NCBI GenBank assembly: GCA_950097015.1
Contig: CATNEN010000001.1
Location: 6,076,001-6,140,000, forward strand
DNA: 64,000 nt
Source: Macrostomum hystrix
Lineage: Eukaryota > Animalia > Platyhelminthes
Direction: 5' to 3'
Below, one piece after another: positions 33,121-46,007 of the stretch (position 1 is the stretch's first letter; each line of letters opens with the position of its first letter). Position numbers and translations under genes: made by a program. The notes below the pieces were generated by a model. The model was not told where the DNA came from. It was given only the letters and a program-made list of their open reading frames with translations, and did no database searches.

Positions 33121-36100
33121 GAGCATCCTCCCAGGCAAAACCGTCTTAATCGCCTCGGTTTATTTACCGGGCGACAGGCCGGCAGTCCCTGAGGAGCTGA
33201 TCTCTCTGACTGAAACCTGCGCTACCAAAAACTATGAGCTCATGGTGGCTGGCGATATAAACGCCCACCACACCCACTGGGGGAGCTCTGACATTAACTC
33301 GAGAGGCGAGGACCTCCTTGCCTACATCCTAACCACGCCTCTGGAGTTCTGCAACACAGGGAGCACCCCGACATTTGACAATGGACGATGGTCTGAGGTC
33401 ATCGACGCCACTCTAGCCACACCTGGGCTCTACCAGAGCCTTAGGGAGTGGCAGGTTCTGCCGGAGACCTCCCTCTCCGATCACAAATACATCTCTTTCC
33501 AACTGGCGGGTGCACGCTGCACTAACCAGATCACTTGGAAAAGGAACGCTAGGAATACCGATTGGGAAGCCTTCAGGTATAGCCTCGAAGGAACCCAACG
33601 GAACCTCAGCCCCCCCGCCAACACCTGCGATGAAGCGGATGAGCTAGCTGAGTTTCTCACCAACTCGCTGACCACCGCCTTCGAGGCCTCCTGCCCCCTC
33701 AAAGCTTACAGAGGCAAAACTTCGGCCCCATGGTGGAATCCGCAGCTCGGCGAGCTCCGTCGAACGGCGAAGCGGCTGCACCGCAGGGCCACGAAGACAA
33801 AAAACCCGGCTGATCAGGCTGCGTATCTCGAAGCCATCCATAGCTTCAAGAAGGAAGTCAGAAACGCCAAAAACAGCAAGTGGCGGCAATACTGTGAGGA
33901 GCTTGAGGGCACTCGCCCCACCTCCAGAATTGTCAAAGCCCTCACGCTGGACAAAATGTCCAAGCTTTCGACGGTGAGGAAGGCCGATGGCCGACCCACC
34001 GAGAACCCTGGGGAAACGCTCGACACTATGCTCACAGCCTTTTTCCCCAGCGTGCCAGCAGGGACAGACCCCCCGGATCACACCGAGGGAGGTCATATCC
34101 TTGCGACGTCCATCATTACTGAAGACCGGGTTACCAAGGCAGCCCAGTCTTTCAAACCCTTCAAATCCCCGGGGCCGGACGGCATTATACCAGCCTTCAT
34201 CCGCGAGGCGGTAAAATGCCATGGCTTCCTCACTAATCTTTGCAAGCTCCTTAAGGCTTGCATTGTGCTTGGGTATGTTCCGAAGGCATGGACCGAGGCG
34301 AGGGTGGTTTTTATCCCCAAGCCAGGCCGCCCGGACTACCATTCCATTAAATCGTTTCGGCCAATTAGCCTAACCTCCACCATGGTCAAACTGATGGAGA
34401 GATTGGTGCTCTGGCGCCTCCTCTCTGTGGAGCTGAAAAATATGCCACTAAGCGGCAATCAACACGCCTTTCGGTCGGGACGTTCCACCGAAAGCGCTCT
34501 CCACGCTCTGGTGGACGCTCTGGAAAAGGCCGTCCTCGGGAACGGCTTTGCCCTGAGCATCTTCCTGGATATTGACGGGGCCTTCGACAACGTTCTCTTC
34601 GAGGCGTTTGACAGGGCCCTACGTATGCGGCACACGCATTCGCATCTTAGGAGGTGGATCATGTACATGGTCCGCCACCGCACTGCTACGGCACACCTTC
34701 TTGGACACCAGCGGACGGTCACTGTCTGCAAAGGTTGCCCACAAGGCGGCGTCCTCTCACCAGTTCTCTGGAACATGGTTATCGACGAGCTCTTACGAGA
34801 CTCTCAGCCAGACCCCATCCTAAAGGTCGGCTATGCGGATGATGTTACGGCAGTGGCATCTGGCCCGGTACTAGAGGCCCTCCGAGACCTTCTGCAAAAC
34901 TCTATCAACAACGCCGAAAGATGGGCAACTCGCCGCGGTCTGAAGCTCTCCGAGTCTAAGACAGCGGCGATCATGTTCACCAGCAAAAACAAATGGCATA
35001 TTCGCCCCCTGCAGCTGTATGGAAAGGACATCACCTTCCAGAAGCAAACTAAATGCCTGGGCATAACGCTCGATCACAGGCTCAGCTGGACTCTTCATGT
35101 CCATGCCAAAGCCAAAAAGGCCTTTGCGATCCTGGCGCAGCTGCGCAGGGCGGTGGGCAACACGTGGGGTCTCACCCCCAAACGCCTATGGTGGATCTAC
35201 ACTGCTATGGTCAGGCCGGCTGTCTCGTACGCCGGACTGATCTGGGCTAGTGCCCTGCAGCTTAAGACCTGCCATGAGACTCTTCGGAGAGTGCAAGGTC
35301 GCGCATGTCGAACGATCATGAGCGCCCCGCCATCCGCCCCCTTCGATGGCCTCAACGCCTTCTTGAACATCCTCCCGCTCGATATCTTTATCCGCGGGGA
35401 GGCGGCAAAAACCGCCCGGCGTCTCCTTGATGCCGGTGTGCGCTTCGTCCCCCAACGAGCGGCAGCGAAGCGAAAGCTCCTGCCGCACACGGACCTTTGC
35501 CTGAGAGACTTGGGTGCGAGCAACGGAATCAATGTCCTTACGGACGGTGAACCGTGCTCGCTCAACCTCCTTCAGCGCTTTAAGGTTCTCATCCCCACCA
35601 GGGACCAAGTTAGCGACCACTGGAACACCCAGGAGGTCCACTGCTACACGGACGGATCCATGAAGGATGGCTCCGCTGGCTTCGGGGTCTGTATCCTTAT
35701 CAACGGACGTGTTGTCGCCACACACGCCCAACACACTGGAAAATCCTCGAGCGTTTTCCAGAACGAGGTCCTGGCCATCAGCTCCTGCGCTGCGGAGTTG
35801 AATGAGAAAAACATCTCAGGCAGGACTATCATCTTTCACTCGGACAGTCAGGCTGCTCTGCAAGCCCTCTGTCACACCACCACAACCTCCCGGACAGTCT
35901 CCGACTGTGTCCGGCAGCTCAATAACCTGGCCGGTAAGAATACCGTCAGACTTCAGTGGATACCAGGGCACGCCGGTTTCCCTGGTAACGAGCTTGCTGA
36001 CCACCTGGCCAAGCAGGGAGGAGCCAGCTCTGCGCCGGGCCCCTCCCCCCGGCTCCGATTCCGAGCACCGTCATTTATCGTCAGATTAATGATTGGACTG

Positions 36101-36642
36101 CCAACCTCCATCTTACCCGGTGGAGAAGCACCACTAACTGCCGCCAATCCAAAGCGGCAGTTCCAGTGCCATCCGCTCGGCTCCGGAAGGTCCTTCTGAA
36201 CCAGACCCGGAAGGACATCCGGGCCCTCACCATGACCCTCACGGGCCATGGCTGCTACGCCAGACACTGTTTCCTCCGTGGAGACCTCCGGAGTGAACTG
36301 TGCCCTTTCTGCAACCTTGAGGACGAGGATGCCCTGCACTTCGTCTGCCACTGCCCTTTCTTCACCAGAGAGAGGCTTAATCACCTCGGACCAAACCCAT
36401 CCATGGACGATGTTTGCAGATCCGAGAACATCCCGCGGCTCGTCCGGTTCCTAAGGGCTACCAGACGAGCCTCTTTCTTCCCCAGCGAGGAACAAGCTGC
36501 AGGAAGGACCGAACACGGACCTCCCTGACTGGCCCCGCGCCATCGGCCGATTGCGGGTCTTTCAGGGATTAGCGGAATGGGCGACTCCCGCCTCCCCGCT
36601 GCGTCCGTCGGACCGCCCTGCAGATAAGTCAAGTAAGTCAAG
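33121..36642 (+). mobile_element. 5'-truncated non-LTR retrotransposon (I group, Loa/Lian-like) with APE, RT, RNase H and CCHC domains
   Basis: GDINAHH and SDH (APE); QGGVLSP and YADD (RT); YTDGS, SDSQA and WIPGH..GNE.AD (RNase H); CPFC..ED..HFVCHC. One frameshift near 36050. Tail (TAAGTCAAG)2. 12-bp TSD ACCCCCCTAAGA at 33109-33120 and 36643-36654. Confidence 0.95.
33242..36528 (+). CDS. LINE ORF2 (endonuclease-RT-RNase H-zinc finger), one frameshift
   Basis: ORFs 33242..36199 and 36166..36528. Confidence 0.88.
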
Positions 36643-36676
36643 ACCCCCCTAAGAAAAAATATTAAACTTTACTGGA

Positions 36677-37330
36677 TCAATTGTTGATCATGTTAAGCCT
36701 CACCTTCCTCTCAAATGCATAGATAATGTACAGGTCCACGGCTGTTGCGGCAGTCCTCTCAATGTTAGTCACGATATTCACCGGGCTGTTATCGGTAGGC
36801 ATTTGTCTGGCAGACACATCAGCGCCAAACATCGGATAAAGAGTTCCATATTGAAGAGCAGTGATAGCAATTCCATTGTTCTCTTTCACAGCCAAGTCGA
36901 CCAACTCGCTGTAAAATTTGCTTATCTTGTTTTCTTTGAAATTTCCATTTGTGGCAGTGCAGGACCCGTAAAGATTCTCACTGATTTCATGCTGAATGTA
37001 CCGCACATCTCCATGCATGTAGCGTATAATGCTATTTGGGTTTCTCAGGTTAATAATAATATACCTGGGATTGCTACATGATCCCTCTTTAATGCAGATG
37101 TTTGTTCTGGTTTCGTTTCGCTTATCTCGACACATGTAGGCCGTGTAGGCGACATCAATGTCCTTCTCTACTGCCTTGAGATAATCTGCTTTTAGTGCGG
37201 TCTTTGGCTCAATGATTTCCAAATACAGCTCGATTCCGGTTAGCTTCACATCCATCCTAGTGTGGTCCACCCCAGTCCACAACACTCTACTGCGATCATC
37301 TCTAGTCATCTTAAAGGTGTAGCTGAAGTT
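36677..37330 (-). pseudogene. C-terminal part of a Polinton/adintovirus-like major capsid protein (double jelly-roll), truncated by a repeat insertion
   Basis: VKLTGIELYL...P; NPRYIIINL; MH; F..NKISKFY; YPMFGADVS; VNI; LYIIYAFER match the second jelly-roll of Polinton MCPs. It is on the same strand as, and upstream of, the penton-like gene. Confidence 0.68.
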
Positions 37331-37794
37331 ACTAGACAGTGGAGAGATGAGGCAGGGAGGAGATGAGACAGGGGAGAGATGAGACAGGGAGGAGATGAGA
37401 CAGGGGAGAGATGAGACAGGGAGGAGATGAGACAGGGGAGAGATAAGACAGGGGAGAGATGAGACAGGGGAGAGATGAGACAGGGGAGAGATAAGACAGG
37501 GATGAGATGAGACAGGGGAGAGATGAGACAGGGATGAGATGAGACAGGGAAGAGATGAGACAGGGATGAGATGAGACAGGGAAGAGATGAGACATGGGAT
37601 AAACTATAAACCAGATGAGAGACAGGAAAGATGAGACAGGAGACACGGGAGAGATGAGAATCTCAATCTCCATATGAGAGAGATGAGACAGGGGAAAGAT
37701 AAGACAGGACTATAGGAGTTGGAGAGGCAACGGGCCGGATTTGGGAGCTTCGAGGGCCGCATCTGGCCCGCGGGCCGGAGTTTGCCGACCCCTG
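37331..37794 (-). mobile_element. Non-autonomous hAT (Charlie/SPIN-like) element end carrying an internal 20-bp tandem repeat
   Basis: The minus strand begins CAGGGGTCGGCAAACTCCGGCCCGCGGGCC, a typical hAT terminus. (GAGATGAGACAGGGGA..)n spans 37338-37708. Confidence 0.7.
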
Positions 37795-38529
37795 GCTTAA
37801 ACAATCCACAATAGCAATCCACAATACACCAATGCGCATAGTGCTATGGCTTTTCTCGTTTCACTCGTTTCTCGTTTATTATTTGTATTATATATTATGT
37901 GATAGCCTCAATTTTTTTTTAAATTGGTGCGCAAAATATTTTTTTTATGCTACGAATATTCAGAATTGTCATGTTTAACGACACGACTCGATAAAATTGT
38001 AGTATAAATACATAACGGGTTTCGTGAACGGAATTTAACCGTTTGGCCTGTCATTAAATTTGAGCTAAAACAGTTTAGTCTCTTTGTGAGTGCATATTCA
38101 AAAAGCCTTAGTTATTTCTAAATAGCTATACTGAGTGGCGCTAGCTTACTGCACAGTTGTACAAGTACTTCTGGTACAAGTACAAGATAGTAGTTTGCGG
38201 ATAAGACCAGAAAACAGTCATCAATGCATTCTAAGCTTATTTTGTTTAGTTTTATAGGTTCCGAATAAGCGATTCGCGAGCAGCAGTAAGCAATAGAGTT
38301 GAAGGCGCATATTGACATGCACAACCTACGAGTATAAGGTATTTAGGGACAATATCTTTCATTTTTATAACCAATAGCTGTAATTGCCAGACAGTATGGT
38401 AGAGCAATGAAATGAACAGGTACAATTACTCATTCAAGATCGATTGCAGAAACTGTATTCGAGTTAGTTTTCGAGTTAATCATTATGATTTTCAATTACT
38501 CGTATTTAGAGCTGCCAAAAGAGTAAAGT

Positions 38530-38900
38530 TCTGTTATAAAAGTCAAACATCAGCGTGCCACTGGCCAAAGCATGAATCTGCGCAAAGACCTGGATTGCCA
38601 GCGCAGGTGGTGCAGCTGAAAACTGTCTTCTTTTGTCGTTTGCTCTTGTAGCACTGCCTGCACCGCTTAGTGTTGGCCGAGCCTGTGCAGCTGTGGACTC
38701 CAGCCTCTTCAAGACATGTTGCTGTGGGACTCCGGCTGCAACCTGCTGCGCCCTGACTGGCCGGCTGCGTGCTGGTCCCGTAGACTGTATAAAGTATTCG
38801 ATAGTAGCCATCAGGAACTCCAGGAAGCAGAGAGACCCGCCGCAAGCTCGGTACACTACCCAGCCATTCCTGACCAGCACCAGGAAGAATTCGCGCCAAG
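38530..38900 (-). pseudogene. piggyBac transposase C-terminal fragment (cysteine-rich domain)
   Basis: NGWVVYR...LEF followed, after a frameshift, by H...KRCRQC...KKTVFSCTTC..NPGLC..SCFGQWH, the piggyBac CRD pattern. Confidence 0.8.
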
Positions 38901-39155
38901 CTTAGCGAACCATTTCTGAGTTCTTCGGCTTGATTTCGGTTTGTGTCGATGAAGTTCACTGTCTTCACAAACTAGTAACTAGATTTTAGCTATGGCCAGG
39001 ATATTGCTGTTCCGCATAAACGCACAGCCAATTCTTTCAGTGCATCCGGGACACCGCGGTTTGCACGCACGGTGCATGTAAGCAGGGTCTCTCAACTGTC
39101 TCATCTCTCTCCTGTCTCATCTCTTAAATTTCTTATCTCTCTTCTGTCTCATCTC

Positions 39156-42100
39156 TCCACTGGCTAATCTCTAGTATAGTCTCCACTGGCTAATCTCTAG
39201 TCAAGTCTCCACTGCCTAATCTCTAGTCAAGTCTCCACTGGCTAATCTCTAGTCAAGTCTCCACTGGCTAATCTCTAGTCAAGTCTCCACTGGCTAATCT
39301 CTAGTCAAGTCTCCACTAGCTAATCTCTAGTCAAGTCTCCACTGGCTAATCTCTAGTCAACTCTCCACTGCCTAATCTCTAGTCAAGTCTCCACTAGCTA
39401 ATCTCTAGTCAAGTCTCCACTATCTAATCTCTAGTCAAGTCTCCACTGGCTAATCTCTAGTCAAGTCTCCACTGGCTAATCTCTAGTCAAGTCTCCACTG
39501 GCTAATCTCTAGTCAACTCTCCACTGCCTAATCTCTAGTCAAGTCTCCACTAGCTAATCTCTAGTCAAGTCTCCACTATCTAATCTCTAGTCAAGTCTCC
39601 ACTGGCTAATCTCTAGTCAAGTCTCCACTGGCTAATCTCTAGTCAAGTCTCCACTATCTAATCTCTAGTATAGTCTCCACTGGCTAATCTCTAGTCAAGT
39701 CTCCACTGGCTAATCTCTAGTCAAGTCTCCACTGGCTAATCTCTAGTCAACTCTCCACTGCCTAATCTCTAGTCAAGTCTCCACTAGCTAATCTCTAGTC
39801 AAGTCTCCACTGGCTAATCTCTAGTCAAGTCTCCACTGCCTAATCTCTAGTATAGTCTCCACTGGCTAATCTCTAGTCAAGTCTCCACTGGCTAATCTCT
39901 AGTCAAGTCTCCACTGGCTAATCTCTAGTCAAGTCTCCACTGGCTAATCTCTAGTCAACTCTCCACTGCCTAATCTCTAGTCAAGTCTCCACTAGCTAAT
40001 CTCTAGTCAAGTCTCCACTAGCTAATCTCTAGTCAAGTCTCCACTGGCTAATCTCTAGTCAAGTCTCCACTGCCTAATCTCTAGTCAAGTCTCCACTGCC
40101 TAATCTCTAGTCAAGTCTCCACTAGCTAATCTCTAGTCAAGTCTCCACTGCCTAATCTCTAGTCAAGTCTCCACTGCCTAATCTCTAGTCAAGTCTCCAC
40201 TGCCTAATCTCTAGTCAAGTCTCCACTAGCTAATCTCTAGTCAAGTCTCCACTGCCTAATCTCTAGTCAAGTCTCCACTGCCTAATCTCTAGTCAAGTCT
40301 CCACTATCTAATCTCTAGTCAAGTCTCCACTAGCTAATCTCTAGTCTAGTCTCCACTGCCTAATCTCTAGTCAAGTCTCCACTGCCTAATCTCTAGTCAA
40401 GTCTCCACTGGCTAATCTCTAGTCAACTCTCCACTGCCTAATCTCTAGTCAAGTCTCCACTATCTAATCTCTAGTCAAGTCTCCACTGCCTAATCTCTAG
40501 TCAAGTCTCCACTGCCTAATCTCTAGTCAAGTCTCCACTGCCTAATCTCTAGTCAAGTCTCCACTAGCTAATCTCTAGTCAAGTCTCCACTATCTAATCT
40601 CTAGTCAAGTCTCCACTGCCTAATCTCTAGTCAAGTCTCCACTATCTAATCTCTAGTCAAGTCTCCACTATCTAATCTCTAGTCAAGTCTCCACTGCCTA
40701 ATCTCTAGTCAAGTCTCCACTATCTAATCTCTAGTCAAGTCTCCACTATCTAATCTCTAGTCAAGTCTCCACTGCCTAATCTCTAGTCAAGTCTCCACTA
40801 TCTAATCTCTAGTCAAGTCTCCACTGCCTAATCTCTAGTCAAGTCTCCACTATCTAATCTCTAGTCAAGTCTCCACTGCCTAATCTCTAGTCAAGTCTCC
40901 ACTGCCTAATCTCTAGTCAAGTCTCCACTAGCTAATCTCTAGTCAACTCTCCACTGCCTAATCTCTAGTCGTCTCCACTAGCTAATCTCTAGTCAAGTCT
41001 CCACTGCCTAATCTCTAGTCAAGTCTCCACTAGCTAATCTCTAGTCAAGTCTCCACTGCCTAATCTCTAGTCAAGTCTCCACTGCCTAATCTCTAGTCAA
41101 GTCTCCACTAGCTAATCTCTAGTCAAGTCTCCACTGCCTAATCTCTAGTCAAGTCTCCACTATCTAATCTCTAGTCAACTCTCCACTGCCTAATCTCTAG
41201 TCGTCTCCACTAGCTAATCTCTAGTCAAGTCTCCACTGCCTAATCTCTAGTCAAGTCTCCACTATCTAATCTCTAGTCAAGTCTCCACTATCTAATCTCT
41301 AGTCAAGTCTCCACTGCCTAATCTCTAGTCAAGTCTCCACTAGCTAATCTCTAGTCAAGTCTCCACTGCCTAATCTCTAGTCAAGTCTCCACTATCTAAT
41401 CTCTAGTCAAGTCTCCACTAGCTAATCTCTAGTCAAGTCTCCACTAGCTAATCTCTAGTCAAGTCTCCACTAGCTAATCTCTAGTCAAGTCTCCACTGGC
41501 TAATCTCTAGTCAAGTCTCCACTGCCTAATCTCTAGTCAAGTCTCCACTAGCTAATCTCTAGTCAAGTCTCCACTATCTAATCTCTAGTCAAGTCTCCAC
41601 TGCCTAATCTCTAGTCAACTCTCCACTGCCTAATCTCTAGTCAAGTCTCCACTGCCTAATCTCTTGTCAAGTCTCCACTGGCTAATCTCTAGTCAAGTCT
41701 CCACTATCTAATCTCTAGTCAAGTCTCCACTGCCTAATCTCTAGTCAAGTCTCCACTGCCTAATCTCTAGTCAAGTCTCCACTGCCTAATCTCTAGTCAA
41801 GTCTCCACTATCTAATCTCTAGTCAAGTCTCCACTGCCTAATCTCTAGTCAAGTCTCCACTGCCTAATCTCTTGTCAAGTCTCCACTGGCTAATCTCTTG
41901 TCAAGTCTCCACTAGCTAATCTCTAGTCAAGTCTCCACTGGCTAATCTCTAGTCAAGTCTCCACTGCCTAATCTCTTGTCAAGTCTCCACTAGCTAATCT
42001 CTAGTCAAGTCTCCACTGGCTAATCTCTAGTCAAGTCTCCACTGCCTAATCTCTAGTCAAGTCTCCACTGCCTAATCTCTAGTCAAGTCTCCACTGCCTA

Positions 42101-44172
42101 ATCTCTAGTCAAGTCTCCACTATCTAATCTCTAGTCAAGTCTCCACTGCCTAATCTCTAGTCAAGTCTCCACTGCCTAATCTCTTGTCAAGTCTCCACTG
42201 GCTAATCTCTAGTCAAGTCTCCACTATCTAATCTCTAGTCAAGTCTCCACTGCCTAATCTCTAGTCAAGTCTCCACTGCCTAATCTCTAGTCAAGTCTCC
42301 ACTGCCTAATCTCTAGTCAAGTCTCCACTGCCTAATCTCTAGTCAAGTCTCCACTGCCTAATCTCTAGTCAAGTCTCCACTGGCTAATCTCTAGTCAACT
42401 CTCCACTGGCTAATCTCTAGTCAACTCTCCACTGCCTAATCTCTAGTCAAGTCTCCACTGCCTAATCTCTAGTCAAGTCTCCACTAGCTAATCTCTAGTC
42501 AAGTCTCCACTGCCTAATCTCTAGTCAAGTCTCCACTAGCTAATCTCTAGTCAAGTCTCCACTGCCTAATCTCTAGTCAAGTCTCCACTGCCTAATCTCT
42601 AGTCAAGTCTCCACTAGCTAATCTCTAGTCAAGTCTCCACTAGCTAATCTCTAGTCAAGTCTCCACTAGCTAATCTCTAGTCAAGTCTCCACTGCCTAAT
42701 CTCTAGTCAAGTCTCCACTGGCTAATCTCTAGTCAAGTCTCCACTGCCTAATCTCTAGTCAAGTCTCCACTGCCTAATCTCTAGTCAAGTCTCCACTAGC
42801 TAATCTCTAGTCAAGTCTCCACTGCCTAATCTCTAGTCAAGTCTCCACTATCTAATCTCTAGTCAAGTCTCCACTAGCTAATCTCTAGTCAAGTCTCCAC
42901 TAGCTAATCTCTAGTCAAGTCTCCACTAGCTAATCTCTAGTCAAGTCTCCACTGGCTAATCTCTAGTCAAGTCTCCACTGCCTAATCTCTAGTCAAGTCT
43001 CCACTAGCTAATCTCTAGTCAAGTCTCCACTATCTAATCTCTAGTCAAGTCTCCACTGCCTAATCTCTAGTCAACTCTCCACTGCCTAATCTCTAGTCAA
43101 GTCTCCACTGCCTAATCTCTTGTCAAGTCTCCACTGCCTAATCTCTTGTCAAGTCTCCACTGCCTAATCTCTTGTCAAGTCTCCACTGGCTAATCTCTAG
43201 TCAAGTCTCCACTGCCTAATCTCTTGTCAAGTCTCCACTGGCTAATCTCTAGTCAAGTCTCCACTATCTAATCTCTAGTCAAGTCCTCCACTGCCTAATC
43301 TCTAGTCAAGTCTCCACTGCCTAATCTCTAGTCAAGTCTCCACTATCTAATCTCTAGTCAAGTCTCCACTAGCTAATCTCTAGTCAAGTCTCCACTGCCT
43401 AATCTCTAGTCAAGTCTCCACTGGCTAATCTCTAGTCAACTCTCCACTGGCTAATCTCTAGTCAACTCTCCACTGCCTAATCTCTAGTCAAGTCTCCACT
43501 ATCTAATCTCTAGTCAAGTCTCCACTAGCTAATCTCTAGTCAAGTCTCCACTAGCTAATCTCTAGTCAACTCTCCACTGCCTAATCTCTAGTCAAGTCTC
43601 CACTGCCTAATCTCTAGTCAAGTCTCCACTAGCTAATCTCTAGTCAAGTCTCCACTGCCTAATCTCTAGTCAAGTCTCCACTAGCTAATCTCTAGTCAAG
43701 TCTCCACTGCCTAATCTCTAGTCAAGTCTCCACTGCCTAATCTCTAGTCAAGTCTCCACTAGCTAATCTCTAGTCAACTCTCCACTGCCTAATCTCTAGT
43801 CAAGTCTCCACTGCCTAATCTCTAGTCAAGTCTCCACTGCCTAATCTCTAGTCAAGTCTCCACTAGCTAATCTCTAGTCAAGTCTCCACTGCCTAATCTC
43901 TAGTCAAGTCTCCACTGGCTAATCTCTAGTCAAGTCTCCACTAGCTAATCTCTAGTCAAGTCTCCACTGGCTAATCTCTAGTCAAGTCTCCACTAGCTAA
44001 TCTCTAGTCAAGTCTCCACTGCCTAATCTCTAGTCAAGTCTCCACTATCTAATCTCTAGTCAAGTCTCCACTGGCTAATCTCTAGTCAAGTCTCCACTGC
44101 CTAATCTCTAGTCAAGTCTCCACTGCCTAATCTCTAGTCAAGTCTCCACTGCCTAATCTCTAGTCAACTCTC
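39156..44172. repeat. 26-bp satellite array (CTCCACTGGCTAATCTCTAGTCAAGT), ~190 copies
   Basis: Strict 26-bp period. Variation is concentrated at one site (TGGC/TGCC/TAGC/TATC). Confidence 0.98.
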
Positions 44173-44546
44173 TAAGAAAAATGTACTTTTACGAATCCTA
44201 TTCTAGGTGTCCCATTGGATACAACTCTCAAACCCCTCCTGTCGCGTTTGGGTGAATTCAGGCACTAGAACAAACAATCAATTTATTTGCAATCCCAGTT
44301 GCAGTTTTGCAATTTACGGTCACTCCAATTCTAACCCACAAGCCGTTGTTGCTATGACAACAGAAGCAAGACTGCACAGCGAGACCTACGTGTGGTCGAC
44401 TCATTGATTGGTTGCTAACGCAAATAAATGGAATTTTGAAACATGAGCAGCTGTGCACAGAGGAGATTATGTGATTAAAAGCCGTACGTGTAATTTGTGT
44501 GCTCAGCTTTTCTAAGAACTAAGAACAACGGAATTAAGGCATAATC

Positions 44547-45609
44547 ATGAACAATGGTGTTTCTCTGGCTATCGCCTGTCTCTTTGGCTTCATATTCGGT
44601 AAGTTTAAGCTAATTTTTATCATATCAATATATGCCAAATATGTAAGCACAAGTGACATGATTGCCTGTGTGAAATCGCATGAGCACACTCTAAATTTGA
44701 CCATTTTAATTACTCCTCGCGCAGTTCCGTGCCTGGCTATTCAGTGCTACGCGGGTGCCGGGGCAATGATTTTTCAATTTAACTCTCCCGTTGATTGCGG
44801 CTCAAATCACACGAGCTGTTACAAGCTCACTTACGGCTCTCTGGTGAGACAATGAGCTGGGGTCTATGTGGATTGACATTATTATCATATCTAGGGCAAA
44901 TACGTACGTACAGATAGAGGTGTGAAAGCATTAATAGCAAGTAGGTAAAGGTGTGAAATGATTAGATAAGGAGCAGATAGATGTGTGAAAGCATTTGATA
45001 GTAATTAGGTAAAGGTGAGGAATGATCAGATAAGGGGCAGATAGAGGTGTGAAAGCATTGGATAGAAAGTAGGTAAAGGTGAGGAATGATCAGATAAGGG
45101 GCAGATAGAGGTGTGAAAGCATTTGATAGAAAGTAGGTAAAGGTGAGGAATGATTAGATAAGGAGCAGATAGAGGTGTGAAAGCATTTGATAGAAAGTAG
45201 GTGAAGGTGAGGAATGATTAGATAAGGAGCAGATAGAGGTGTGAAAGCATGTGGTAGCATGTAGGTAAAGGTGAGGAATGATCAGATAAGGGGCAGATAG
45301 AGGTGTGAAAGCATATGATAGCAAGTAGGTAAAGGTGTGAAATGATTAGATGAGGAGATAGTAGTCCTAAAGTACCTGAGGTAATTAGTACCATTATCTA
45401 TTTATTGGTTGGTAAGTTAATCAAATAACCTAGAAATATCCTATCCACAATGGCAGTACGCCAAGGGCTGTGGTGACGTGTGTCCCGCTACAAACTTCAC
45501 TGGCCTTTGCTTCACGTGCAGCAGCAGCCTCTGCAACAGCGACACGACGTTGGCTCCGTCGGCTTTCGGCTTCGCTGCTGTTGCCATAGCAACAGTACTG
45601 ATCAGCTAA
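44547..45609 (+). CDS. Ly6/uPAR-like three-finger, GPI-anchored protein, 107 aa; join(44547-44598, 44725-44843, 45457-45609)
   Basis: Signal-peptide exon, then IQCY...C...SCYK, KGC..VC...CFTC...LCN and a hydrophobic C-terminal tail. Splice phases are consistent. Confidence 0.85.
44911..45357. repeat. ~64-bp intronic tandem repeat (~7 copies)
   Basis: CAGATAGA(G/T)GTGTGAAAGCA recurs at 44911, 44974, 45038, 45102 and onward. Confidence 0.9.
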
Positions 45610-46007
45610 TTTCAACTAAATGTCCTTTTTCGTTAATTACACTAAATGAAACTAGAAAGTTCATTTAAAAAAACTGATTTAATTCTTTTTAATGGTTTCT
45701 TTTAGTTCTTTCTGTCCAATCCTACTACTTAAACAAAACTTTCTTTGATTATGTTTCTGTTGGTTATGCTATTAAAATCGTAGTTGTCTATAAAAATAGC
45801 GATGAAACAAATAAATAGACTCAATACAAGAGCCGTAAAATACACTGTGAGGTGGAAGCGTCCTAAATTTTTTAGGTTTGAAAAACTTAAAACTGACCTA
45901 AGTTCGAAATATCATGTGAAAGCAATAATCTATGCGAAATCAAGTTTTCTTTTCTTTTTTTTCAAAGAAAAAAGTACATTTTCCTGTACACTTCGATACA
46001 TACTTTT

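Noticed and set aside
39156-44172. CRISPR-like array
   Set aside because: Head-to-tail monomers with no unique spacers, no cas genes and a eukaryotic context.
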